Source: a virus (taxonomy: Duplodnaviria > Caudoviricetes). Taken from it: a stretch of DNA of 35,639 bases. The translations under genes were made by a program, and so were the position numbers. The DNA lies in the IMG/VR virus record IMGVR_UViG_3300025687_004282, positions 1 to 35,639 of that record; one strand, given 5' to 3'. This document shows positions 9,304-16,878 of the stretch, in pieces. Numbering within the stretch: position 1 is the first letter of the stretch; the number at the start of each line of letters is the position of its first letter. Below the pieces are notes generated by a model. That model was not told where the DNA came from, did not search any database, and saw nothing but the letters and a program-made list of their open reading frames with translations.

Positions 9304-9705
9304 TCAAGCGGCTTCCGCAGCCGCAGCCCGAAGATGCCAATCGTCAAGCCCGAAGTCCCGATACCCCTCTTCGATCATCCGATAGTAGGCAGCGGAAGGC
9401 TCGGCAAACCGATCCTTGCGGTTCATCTTGTAAACCCACCAGCCCCCGTTGATCTGCTCCCGCGTGTAAAGGCGGGGATACCCTTCGAGGTGGTCGAGCG
9501 CCCGAAGGCAAGCTGGGGTGATGGACCAGAGGACGACCGGGGCCACGCTGTCCCGATCCCGAATAATGTCAGCCACGCCCCGAAAGACAACCCGATGCTC
9601 GGGGAGATAGAACCCCCCGAGCGGCTCGGCAGCGGGACATCGAACCTTCATCGCGTCCCGATTGGTGTTCATGCCATAGGCCATGTAAAGCATCCGGTCG
9701 TTCAT
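9304..9705 (-). CDS. Gamma-glutamylcyclotransferase (GGCT/AIG2-like)
   Basis: LYMAYGMN...RCPAAEPLG...LDHLEGYPRLYTR; start at 9705 by ATGA coupling. Confidence 0.85.
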   Translation of the reverse strand: MNDRMLYMAYGMNTNRDAMKVRCPAAEPLGGFYLPEHRVVFRGVADIIRDRDSVAPVVLWSITPACLRALDHLEGYPRLYTREQINGGWWVYKMNRKDRFAEPSAAYYRMIEEGYRDFGLDDWHLRAAAAEAA

Positions 9706-9899
9706 GCGTCTTCCTCCGAGCACTCGGCGTCGAAAGCGTAGGTCGAAGTGATAGCGCCCTCGTCCTCACGGCCCTTCTCGAAGATGTCAACGACGACGCC
9801 CTCATCTGTGACATGGATACGGACGCTAAAACCCTTGACTGTGAGCCACATGTTCTTGTCCACGAGCGTGTAGTCTTTGTCGTGCAGTTCGTTGCTCAT
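9702..9899 (-). CDS. Hypothetical protein (65 aa)
   Basis: ATGA-coupled at both ends with GGAGGA RBS. Confidence 0.7.
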   Translation of the reverse strand: MSNELHDKDYTLVDKNMWLTVKGFSVRIHVTDEGVVVDIFEKGREDEGAITSTYAFDAECSEEDA

Positions 9900-10180
9900 G
9901 CGTCTTCCTCCGCCTCTGCCCGAACATAGTGCCCGGCAATCTCATACCAGTTAACGGCAGACAGTGCCGCGTTAAGCAAATCGACAGTCAGCCCGCCCTC
10001 GACGCTGCCCGTGTCCATCTGGACGGTTTCCTCGGTGTAGTCCTTGAGCGCCTGCGACAGTTTGTATTGATCGCACGCGAAGCTGTCGGGCTGCTCCTCC
10101 GCATAGATGCGGAAATCCTCACCGAGCCAAAGGTTGACAAGCCACGTCTCGTAGTTGGTCCATCCGTTATAGTCAGCCAT
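9896..10180 (-). CDS. Phage hypothetical protein with YNGWTNYETW N-terminus
   Basis: Recognisable phage N-terminal motif; GGAGG RBS; promoter upstream. Confidence 0.75.
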   Translation of the reverse strand: MADYNGWTNYETWLVNLWLGEDFRIYAEEQPDSFACDQYKLSQALKDYTEETVQMDTGSVEGGLTVDLLNAALSAVNWYEIAGHYVRAEAEEDA

Positions 10181-10210
10181 CGTTGCCTCCGTTTGCTAGA
10201 ACGTATGCCT

Positions 10211-10239
10211 GTTATATGCCCGATCTCGGCATACGTCAA
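10211..10239 (-). promoter_or_regulatory. Sigma70-type promoter
   Basis: TTGACG-N17-TATAAC; overlaps a TATGCC...GGCATA inverted repeat. Confidence 0.75.
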
Positions 10240-10243
10240 GCAC

Positions 10244-10270
10244 AAAAAAAGACCCCACCGAAGCGGGGTC
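10244..10270 (-). terminator. Rho-independent terminator
   Basis: GACCCCGC-TTCG-GTGGGGTC-TTTTTTT. Confidence 0.9.
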
Positions 10271-10300
10271 AGGCTGGCAGTCTAGGAGGGTCCGACAGAG
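10244..10300 (-). ncRNA. Candidate small RNA (about 55 nt) with anti-Shine-Dalgarno sequence
   Basis: TTGACA-N17-CATGCT promoter (10334-10306) followed by ...GACCCTCCTAGACTGCCAG... and the terminator; no ATG or RBS in between. Confidence 0.5.
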
Positions 10301-10463
10301 CCTAAAGCATGGCGCGAACAATTGTTCGTGTCAATGGTGCATAGCTGTGTGGTATCCAGATACCCCATCCCGAGCCCGATGTGGTATTATGATACCGCTA
10401 CCCGAAAGGCCCGATGGGGGTGGGGGAGAGGCGCATTATTCCCCCCTCCCCCGATCCCCGGGT

Positions 10464-10982
10464 TCAGTTAGATTCTGCTAACCGCTGGTCTTCGATCCCG
10501 ATGATGTTTTGTTCGGGTTCGGCTGGGGTTACATCGACCATGCGATTTTGGGCCTTTTCCATGACTTCGCGGAGTTTCGCGATGATCTGTTCCTTAGTCA
10601 TGGAATCGACGTTTTCGTGGGTAACGTGCGACTTGTTGACGAGCAGTCCGGTGGCTTTGAGGCGTAGTTCCTCGGCTTTGATGGCGGCTGAGATCTTGCC
10701 CTCGCGGAGTGCTTGATCGCGCATGGCTTTGAGGTCGCGAACGGACTTTTCGATTGTGACCCCGAACTTGGCGCGCATTTCGTCGCGCATTTCTTCGAGG
10801 CGTTCTTGGATGAGCGGGTTGTTGAGTAGCTTGACGGCATAGACGTTCGGGTGGGCGAAGCCTGCGTCTCTTGCTGCTGCGGTTTGTGTCATGTCCCGAT
10901 GCAGATAGTTATCGAGGAACTTCTGCTGCTGTGGTGTGAGACGCTTTCGGCCATCTGGCAGTGGTTCCCCTACCTTAGGCAT
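10464..10982 (-). CDS. terS: Terminase small subunit
   Basis: LTPQQQKFLDNYL...TQTAAARDAGF...AVKLLNNPLIQERLEE...SAAIKAEEL is typical of Terminase_2-type TerS. Confidence 0.85.
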   Translation of the reverse strand: MPKVGEPLPDGRKRLTPQQQKFLDNYLHRDMTQTAAARDAGFAHPNVYAVKLLNNPLIQERLEEMRDEMRAKFGVTIEKSVRDLKAMRDQALREGKISAAIKAEELRLKATGLLVNKSHVTHENVDSMTKEQIIAKLREVMEKAQNRMVDVTPAEPEQNIIGIEDQRLAESN

Positions 10983-11613
10983 CTTGCGTCTCTTTCTTCT
11001 TGGCTTGGTTGTAGGGTGCGTTGCGGTGTTCGTATGGGTCGTCTGAGAGGTTGACGAGTTTGTAGGATTCGAGTTGTGAGGAGTATGTTTTGTTGTCCTT
11101 GCAGGTGTAGGCGATGAGGTATTTCTGGGTTCCGTCTGCGCGAGAGATGTAGGGTGTTACGTTGGTGACTTTGACGTAGAGCTTGGGCTTGGTGTTGTCG
11201 TTGTTCGGGAAGGTCCAGAAGATGTCCCCGATGTTTGGAACGTGTTTCAGGCGCACGGACATTCCGTTTGGCCCGATGGGTTCTGCTGCTGCGAGTTGTT
11301 CTGGGTGAGCGAAGCTGTTGGCTCTCCGCTGTCGATAGATGTCTGGCTTCTTGTGCCCGTGCTTTGCGAGTGACTTCGAGCAGAGGCCTGAGGAGTAGTA
11401 GTTCTTGTCTTCGTCTTGGAAGGCAATGACGTGTGTTGTGGTTTGGTCTTTGGCTCGGACGTATTCGGCTACGTCTGTGACGACGAGGAAGAGCGGGATC
11501 TTGGCTTTGCCATAGGATGTAAGGAAGGTGTCCCCGACGCTGGGGGTTTCCTTGAGATCGACCTGTCGATCTTTGTTGGTGGATAGCGGCTTGGGGTATT
11601 TTCTGGCGGGCAT
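10975..11613 (-). CDS. Hypothetical protein with two tandem domains of about 60 aa
   Basis: GGAGAG RBS; TTGACG-N17-CATAAC promoter at 11722-11694; internal repeat. Confidence 0.75.
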   Translation of the reverse strand: MPARKYPKPLSTNKDRQVDLKETPSVGDTFLTSYGKAKIPLFLVVTDVAEYVRAKDQTTTHVIAFQDEDKNYYSSGLCSKSLAKHGHKKPDIYRQRRANSFAHPEQLAAAEPIGPNGMSVRLKHVPNIGDIFWTFPNNDNTKPKLYVKVTNVTPYISRADGTQKYLIAYTCKDNKTYSSQLESYKLVNLSDDPYEHRNAPYNQAKKKETQDA

Positions 11614-12084
11614 TGTGTCTCTCCGATGCTTGCTGGCGTTCCGGGTGCCATGGCGGTCGCTGCGTTTTGCCCTGCTTCGACTGCCGTTCTGGAGTTATGG
11701 CATCTGTGTTCGGCTACGTCAATCCCGTCCCCGGGACGAGTAACCCCGGCCCTACGGCCTCCGGGGGTTACATCCCTAATAGCCCATTAAGGGCTAGGGA
11801 TGTAGGGTGTTGGAATGAAAAAAATTCTCAAAAATCCCGAGAGTTTTCTGGCACATGGGCCTTCTGTATCAGGGTTCCATTGTTCTGGATTCCAACCGTT
11901 TTAACTGTTTCTGTTCAGTGGCTTACGAAAAAAAATCATTTCACCCCGATTAAAACGTGCATCTTCATGCGGCTGCTGGCCTATCATTTTTTTGGGGCAC
12001 ATGTAGGAAAAACAACAACATGACCCTTCTGTATCAACCCCCTACATATCGCTAAAACGGAATATGTAGGCCCTCCAGACCCCC

Positions 12085-12113
12085 TTGACATGCTCGTTTC
12101 GTGCCCGTAGTAT
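12085..12113 (+). promoter_or_regulatory. Sigma70-type promoter of the plus-strand gene block
   Basis: TTGACA-N17-TAGTAT. Confidence 0.75.
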
Positions 12114-12154
12114 GCCAGTATCTTGACGATTCTAGCAGACGACAGGAGACGCCG

Positions 12155-12331
12155 ATGCGACAACGTGACGCAGGTAAAACCTTCAAAAAGTGCGAGGAGT
12201 GTGACGGCACTGGGGAGGTTGAGGTTGAGTATGTCCGTGGTTCTGGCCCGAACGCTGACTTGGCGTATCGCTTGGACGTGTGCGAGGAGTGTTGGGGTTG
12301 TGGGGAGGTAGAGTGTGATGGCGACGCATGA
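12155..12331 (+). CDS. Small DnaJ-type zinc-finger protein
   Basis: CEECDGTG and CEECWGCG (two CxxCxGxG); AGGAG RBS. Confidence 0.75.
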   Translation: MRQRDAGKTFKKCEECDGTGEVEVEYVRGSGPNADLAYRLDVCEECWGCGEVECDGDA

Positions 12332-12396
12332 GGAGCCTTTGCCCAAGTGGCTGGAGGCAGAGTGGAAGGCCGAACAATTAAAGCATGGAGAGGTCA

Positions 12397-12651
12397 ATGA
12401 AGCTGGTAGTGTTGACAGTGATCGCGAGCACGAGCGGGACGCCGGATCTCGGCTATGTAGGGCTCTATCGGGACATGGATCAGTGCAAGGAGATGCAGGG
12501 GATTTATATCGATCACCTCGATCCTGACGCGATCATGGTGTGTGACCCCGTGACCAAGAAACAGGCGGTGCTGATTCCGCCGCCGAGGCCAGAGGGCCTG
12601 CGTGTAGCGCGTCAGCCTGTGCTGATCCCGCCGATGAGGCCGAGCAAATGA
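12397..12651 (+). CDS. Hypothetical protein with hydrophobic N-terminus and Pro-rich C-terminal repeat
   Basis: MKLVVLTVIA...; VLIPPPRP and VLIPPMRP; GGAGAGG RBS. Confidence 0.6.
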   Translation: MKLVVLTVIASTSGTPDLGYVGLYRDMDQCKEMQGIYIDHLDPDAIMVCDPVTKKQAVLIPPPRPEGLRVARQPVLIPPMRPSK

Positions 12652-13375
12652 GCGAGGAAGTGAAGGAAGGAACGATCCGCGTGGTCGAGTGGACGCTCGA
12701 CTACGACGCTGGGCCGCTGATTTTGTCGAACAATTTCCGCTGGCGTCTTGAGCAGTATCTCGGAGGTCAGTGGGTCGAGATCCCTGCGTTCCATCTCGAC
12801 CGGGATGGGAACCTGAGAGAGGGCCGGCTTTACCCTATGGAGGCGAGACAATGACCGAGGCGCAAGTAGAGCGGGCCGTGATCGAGGCTTTCAAGGTGGT
12901 CTTTCGGAAGATGCGGGAGGGGAAGCTGTGAGCAAGAAGCACTGCCCGCTGGGCGAGGACTGCGACCTGACGCTTGCGTGGATGATGGGCGCGGCTGACG
13001 CGCGCGACAAGGCGAAGGCTCGCATCGGGGCGCTGGAGGCCAAGCTGGCGAAGGCGGAAGACTTTGTGCGTCGAGCGATACGCTATGCGGGCAACAACGG
13101 TGATGATTTTCTTTCCGACAAGGGGCGAGAAGCTCTCTTGGAATTGAGAGGAGATAACGATGAGTGAAGACCTCAAGCGCGAGATCCAAGAACTCCAGCA
13201 ACAGGCCCAGTTCTGGCAGGAGCGCGCTGAGTATTGGCGTGACCTGTGGAGCAGGGCCGCGAACCGGCTGTTGCAAGTGGACCCGGAGTTGTCCGGACCG
13301 ATGACGACCAAGGCTGAGGAGATCCACAGGATCGCGCAGGCTTTGAAGAACCCAGATCCGTGGAAGGATGTGTGA
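12648..13375 (+). CDS. Run of four coupled small hypothetical ORFs (12648-12854, 12851-12931, 12928-13167, 13160-13375)
   Basis: Consecutive short start/stop overlaps, mostly with purine-rich RBSs; the last is coiled-coil-like. Confidence 0.6.
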
Positions 13376-13584
13376 TGGCAGAAGGCCACTACCTGACAGA
13401 CGACAGCGACCCCCGCATCTGCATCATGATGGACCAACATGTATTCGACGCCATCAATGCCCATGCGAACAGATGTCGGGAGCCTTTCTCGAACGTAGCC
13501 CGTGAGCTACTGCGGTGTGCGGTCGAGGACGGGAAGCTGGACGAATACTACCCGAGAAGGAGGAAAAGATGGAAAAGCGCGTAG
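13375..13584 (+). CDS. Ribbon-helix-helix-like DNA-binding protein
   Basis: RICIMMDQHVFDAINAHANRCREPFSNVARELLRCAV has the RHH pattern. Confidence 0.55.
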   Translation: MAEGHYLTDDSDPRICIMMDQHVFDAINAHANRCREPFSNVARELLRCAVEDGKLDEYYPRRRKRWKSA

Positions 13585-13745
13585 ACGCGGAAGGCCTGAT
13601 GAGACTTATGGAGCGGACATTGAAGTCGCTCGTTCAAGACCTCGGAGACGACGCCCAATTTGTGCGTGGCTTTCGCTTTGCCACTACTGTTGTAAAAATG
13701 GAGGCAGAGAAGCCAGCCACAGGAGACGCATCGTGCAAATCGTAG
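13569..13745 (+). CDS. Hypothetical protein
   Basis: AGGAGGA RBS before ATG at 13569. Confidence 0.55.
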   Translation: MEKRVDAEGLMRLMERTLKSLVQDLGDDAQFVRGFRFATTVVKMEAEKPATGDASCKS

Positions 13746-14155
13746 TTCCGGCCTACAATGTGAAAGCGGATCAGGCGACGCGGTATGAGGCGCAGATTGC
13801 GGTTATCATGCACATGCACAGGGACAAGGAGATCAATCGCTTTGTGAGCGAGAAGTTACCTGAGGCTAGGCCTAGGGCGATTACCCGTGCGAATGTGCCG
13901 AAGTTGCCTGATGGCGAGAAGAAGGTTGTTGGCAGCGCGAGGGGGAGGGAGAACAATGCGACGGACGAACTTGTTCTGAAGGCTTTGGCTGAGCGTGAGA
14001 TGTCGATTGCGGATATTTCTGAAACTGTAGGTATCTCTCGCCAACTTGTTCGGCATGTGGTTGACAGGCTGTTGTCTCGCAAAGAGATCACGCGGAGAAA
14101 TCGTGCGAAGAAGGTGACGATGTTTCGTCTGGCTGAGGATCTGGATGATGCCTAA
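13733..14155 (+). CDS. Winged helix-turn-helix protein
   Basis: GTG start after AGGAG; ELVLKALAEREMSIADISETVGISRQLVRHVVDRL. Confidence 0.7.
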   Translation: MQIVVPAYNVKADQATRYEAQIAVIMHMHRDKEINRFVSEKLPEARPRAITRANVPKLPDGEKKVVGSARGRENNATDELVLKALAEREMSIADISETVGISRQLVRHVVDRLLSRKEITRRNRAKKVTMFRLAEDLDDA

Positions 14156-14348
14156 GGAGCTTAGGAAGAAGGATCTTGTTCGGATTATGGAGCAGATGCC
14201 TGAGAAGATGACACCGAGGGATGCGAGCATTATCCTGTGCGCGATTGTGAGCAACTACGGGATGGAGGAGTCGTTTCCGTTGATTGTGACTGCATCTGCT
14301 GTGGCGCTTGGGCTGGCTGAGGTGGTTGACAAGAGCCAGATAAACTGA
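14145..14348 (+). CDS. Hypothetical protein (67 aa)
   Basis: Overlaps the wHTH gene stop; GAGGA RBS. Confidence 0.55.
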   Translation: MMPKELRKKDLVRIMEQMPEKMTPRDASIILCAIVSNYGMEESFPLIVTASAVALGLAEVVDKSQIN

Positions 14349-14450
14349 GTATGTTTTATGCCGGGAAGGGGCACATACCATTCACATCTTGGGTGGTCGG
14401 GCCGCGTATCCAGTCCTGCGCCACAGTCTGATGCGTCGCCGTGTTCCTTC

Positions 14451-15197
14451 CTAGCTTCCCAACTGCTTGAACAGTTCGCTGATCTTGATGTCGTCTGCGT
14501 TGATGCGGGCGATGATTTTTTCTGCGTCGTGCGGTGCGTGACGGAATGACAGTCTGAGGATGTCCATCCAGTTGACGTTGTTGCGTGATCTGGTTTCTTC
14601 GATCTGGTTGATGATGAGTTTTCGGCGCAGGTTTTGCGTGCGTTCGATTGCGAGGAGGCGCGGGATTTCCGTGTCGATGTCGCTGTCCCACCCGGAGAAA
14701 TGTTCGGGGAGATCTGAGGTTCGGTGGTAGGTTCCTCGTCCGATCTGTGGGCGGAGGAAGTATGCTCGGTTGATGATGCGATGGATGTTTTGTTCGAGCA
14801 TGTCGTGGCCTCTGGCGATGAGGCGATTGTAGGTGTGCTCGAAGGTTGTGTCTGTGTTGTCGAAGACGACTGTTTGCTGATCGAGAATTGGTCCTGTGTC
14901 GATGTGAGCGTCTAGTTTGTGGATGGTCACGCCGGATGGTGTTCCGTCGTAGTGCGCCCAGAAGTTCGGATGTGCGCCCCTGTTGAGCGGCAGGAGGGAG
15001 ATGTGGACGTTGAAGGCGTCGCAGGTTGCGGTGTCGAGCAGGGCTTTGGGGATGATGTGCCTGTATCCGAAGCTGATGATGATGTCGTAGGGTGCCAGTT
15101 CAGTGACTGGATCTGTTACGCAGAAGGTCTTGTGGCCTTTGGCGTTTAGGAGCGGTGCGATTTTGAGGGCCTCTTGGCCGAGGAGTAGGGCTTTCAT
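14451..15197 (-). CDS. N10-formyl-THF-dependent formyltransferase (sugar N-formyltransferase-like) with C-terminal extension
   Basis: ISFGYRHII, NVHISLLPLNRGAHPNFW, SGVTIH, IDTGPI; ATGA-coupled to pseI. Confidence 0.85.
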   Translation of the reverse strand: MKALLLGQEALKIAPLLNAKGHKTFCVTDPVTELAPYDIIISFGYRHIIPKALLDTATCDAFNVHISLLPLNRGAHPNFWAHYDGTPSGVTIHKLDAHIDTGPILDQQTVVFDNTDTTFEHTYNRLIARGHDMLEQNIHRIINRAYFLRPQIGRGTYHRTSDLPEHFSGWDSDIDTEIPRLLAIERTQNLRRKLIINQIEETRSRNNVNWMDILRLSFRHAPHDAEKIIARINADDIKISELFKQLGS

Positions 15198-16213
15198 TTG
15201 ATGTGTTCCCATGTGACGGGTGTGTTTGGTTGCGCGTCTTTCTTGGCTTTGGTGCCTTCGACGAGCCAGTCGAGATGGGGTGGCAGGCCGTATCCGGGTC
15301 TGACGCTACGGAAGTGTTCGGCTGTGATGGTTTCGCCTGCGGAGACGGGTTTGACGAAGTAGAGTGATCTGCGGAAGACCCTGCTTCCTGCTTCCTCTGG
15401 CTTGTCCTCGAAGCTGTAGTGGAGTGAGTTTGCGGTGTCGTCGAGATCTTTCCGCAGGGCTGCGAGTTGTTCGGGTGTGATGGAGAAGTGATCGTCTGGC
15501 CCGTGGCCGTTGGGGTCGAGGGTGACGTGCTTCTCGATGTATTGTGCGCCGAGGGCAGTCGCTGCGATGGCTGCTGTGTTGTTCATGGTGTGGTCGGACA
15601 GGCCGATGGCGCAGCGAAAGCGACTTGAAAGCTCTTTGATGTTCAGGAGGTAGGAATGTTCGGGTTGCGCTGGGTATGCGGAGATGCAGTGCATGAGCAC
15701 GATCTCTTGTGTGTTGCTGAACTTTGTCCAGTTTGGCTGGGTGCTTTTGACTGCGTTAACGGCGCGTTCGATGTCTGCGAGGGTTGCCATGCCTGTTGAG
15801 ATGAACATGGGCTTCAGGGTTCTGGCTGCGTAGGAGATGAGTGTTGTGTCTGTGATCTCGAAGGACGCGATCTTGTAGGCTGGGCAGTCGAGATCTCGGA
15901 GAATATCGACGGAGGACTTGTCGAAGACGGAGGCGAACAAGTTGATCTTGTTCTTGCGCGCGAAGTCGAAGAGTTCGGGCATCCACCTTAATGGTGTATG
16001 GGCTTCGGTGTAGAGATCGTAAAGGTTAACGGATCTGCCTCTCCAGTTAACCTTGAAGTCTGGGGTGTCTGCTTTGAGTGTGATGGTATCAGGGGTGTAG
16101 GCTTGGAGCTTCACCATATCTGCGCCGTTTTTGGCGCATTCGAAGATGAGTTCCTTTGCGCGGTTGATGTCGCCGCGATGGTTGCCTGAGATTTCTGCGA
16201 TGATCTTTACCAT
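15194..16213 (-). CDS. pseI: Pseudaminic acid synthase (NeuB family with SAF domain)
   Basis: IAEISGNH, VKLQAY, YKIASFEITD, STGMA, HCISAYP, GLSDHT, IEKHVTL, RRSLY...RPGYGLPP. Confidence 0.9.
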   Translation of the reverse strand: MVKIIAEISGNHRGDINRAKELIFECAKNGADMVKLQAYTPDTITLKADTPDFKVNWRGRSVNLYDLYTEAHTPLRWMPELFDFARKNKINLFASVFDKSSVDILRDLDCPAYKIASFEITDTTLISYAARTLKPMFISTGMATLADIERAVNAVKSTQPNWTKFSNTQEIVLMHCISAYPAQPEHSYLLNIKELSSRFRCAIGLSDHTMNNTAAIAATALGAQYIEKHVTLDPNGHGPDDHFSITPEQLAALRKDLDDTANSLHYSFEDKPEEAGSRVFRRSLYFVKPVSAGETITAEHFRSVRPGYGLPPHLDWLVEGTKAKKDAQPNTPVTWEHIK

Positions 16214-16878
16214 GTCGAGAGCAGTGCCTCTGCTGCGTTCCAGTCTGCTGGTTCGTCGATGTCGATGGTGTGCTTGGGCATGATGTAGGCTTTTGTGTGG
16301 ACGCTGATGATGGGTGTCTCTGAGAGCCAGATGTGTGCTGCTGCCCAGTAGAATTGGCCTGCATCGTGGTAGGACTTGGTTAGGTCTTGGGTGCGCTGGC
16401 TCATGGCTGCGGGGCTTCGCGGCATGACGTGGTTGTCTTTCATGAGGTGCAGCGAGCGTTCGATTGGGTGTGCGTATTCTACTGCTGCCATGATGAAGGC
16501 TGCGTCATTGGACGACAGGAGCAGGTTATGACTGCCGATGAGATGTTGCGGCTTGGTGAAGACGGCTGTGGGGTAGAGGCAGCAAACGGGTTCTAGGTGT
16601 TGACAGCCCACTTCTTCGATGGCGTGCGCGATGACGGTCTTGGTTGAGGTGTTGTCGTCGCACAGATGTTCTGGCCTGAGGAGGTAGTGGATGTCGCTGT
16701 CCTTTGCGATGTCGATGGCTTTGGTGTCGTCGGTTGTGACGATGATGTCGTCGAAGATGCCTGACTTCTTTGCGCTGTGGATAATGATGTTGAGGATTGG
16801 GGTGTCGATGAAGGTTGCGGTGTTTTTGCCCGGGATGCGCTTGGACCCTGCGCGCGCTGGGATGATGCAGATTGTCAT
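16207..16878 (-). CDS. pseF: Pseudaminic acid cytidylyltransferase (CMP-Pse synthetase)
   Basis: IIPARAGSKRIPGKN, CCLYPTA, RTQDL...YHDAGQFYW, DIDEPADW. Confidence 0.9.
   Translation of the reverse strand: MTICIIPARAGSKRIPGKNTATFIDTPILNIIIHSAKKSGIFDDIIVTTDDTKAIDIAKDSDIHYLLRPEHLCDDNTSTKTVIAHAIEEVGCQHLEPVCCLYPTAVFTKPQHLIGSHNLLLSSNDAAFIMAAVEYAHPIERSLHLMKDNHVMPRSPAAMSQRTQDLTKSYHDAGQFYWAAAHIWLSETPIISVHTKAYIMPKHTIDIDEPADWNAAEALLSTW

Noticed and set aside
9278-9305. CCCGATC tandem microrepeat as a separate functional element
   Set aside because: Four short copies abutting a terminator; no evidence beyond slippage.
12315-12527. 70-aa plus-strand ORF (MATHEEPLPKW...)
   Set aside because: Overlaps 12397-12651 by about 130 nt; its first half may be real but I cannot support it.
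14349-14450. Possible hammerhead ribozyme or terminator in the convergent gap
   Set aside because: CTGATGCG lacks the CUGAUGA...GAAA core; no convincing hairpin with U-tract.
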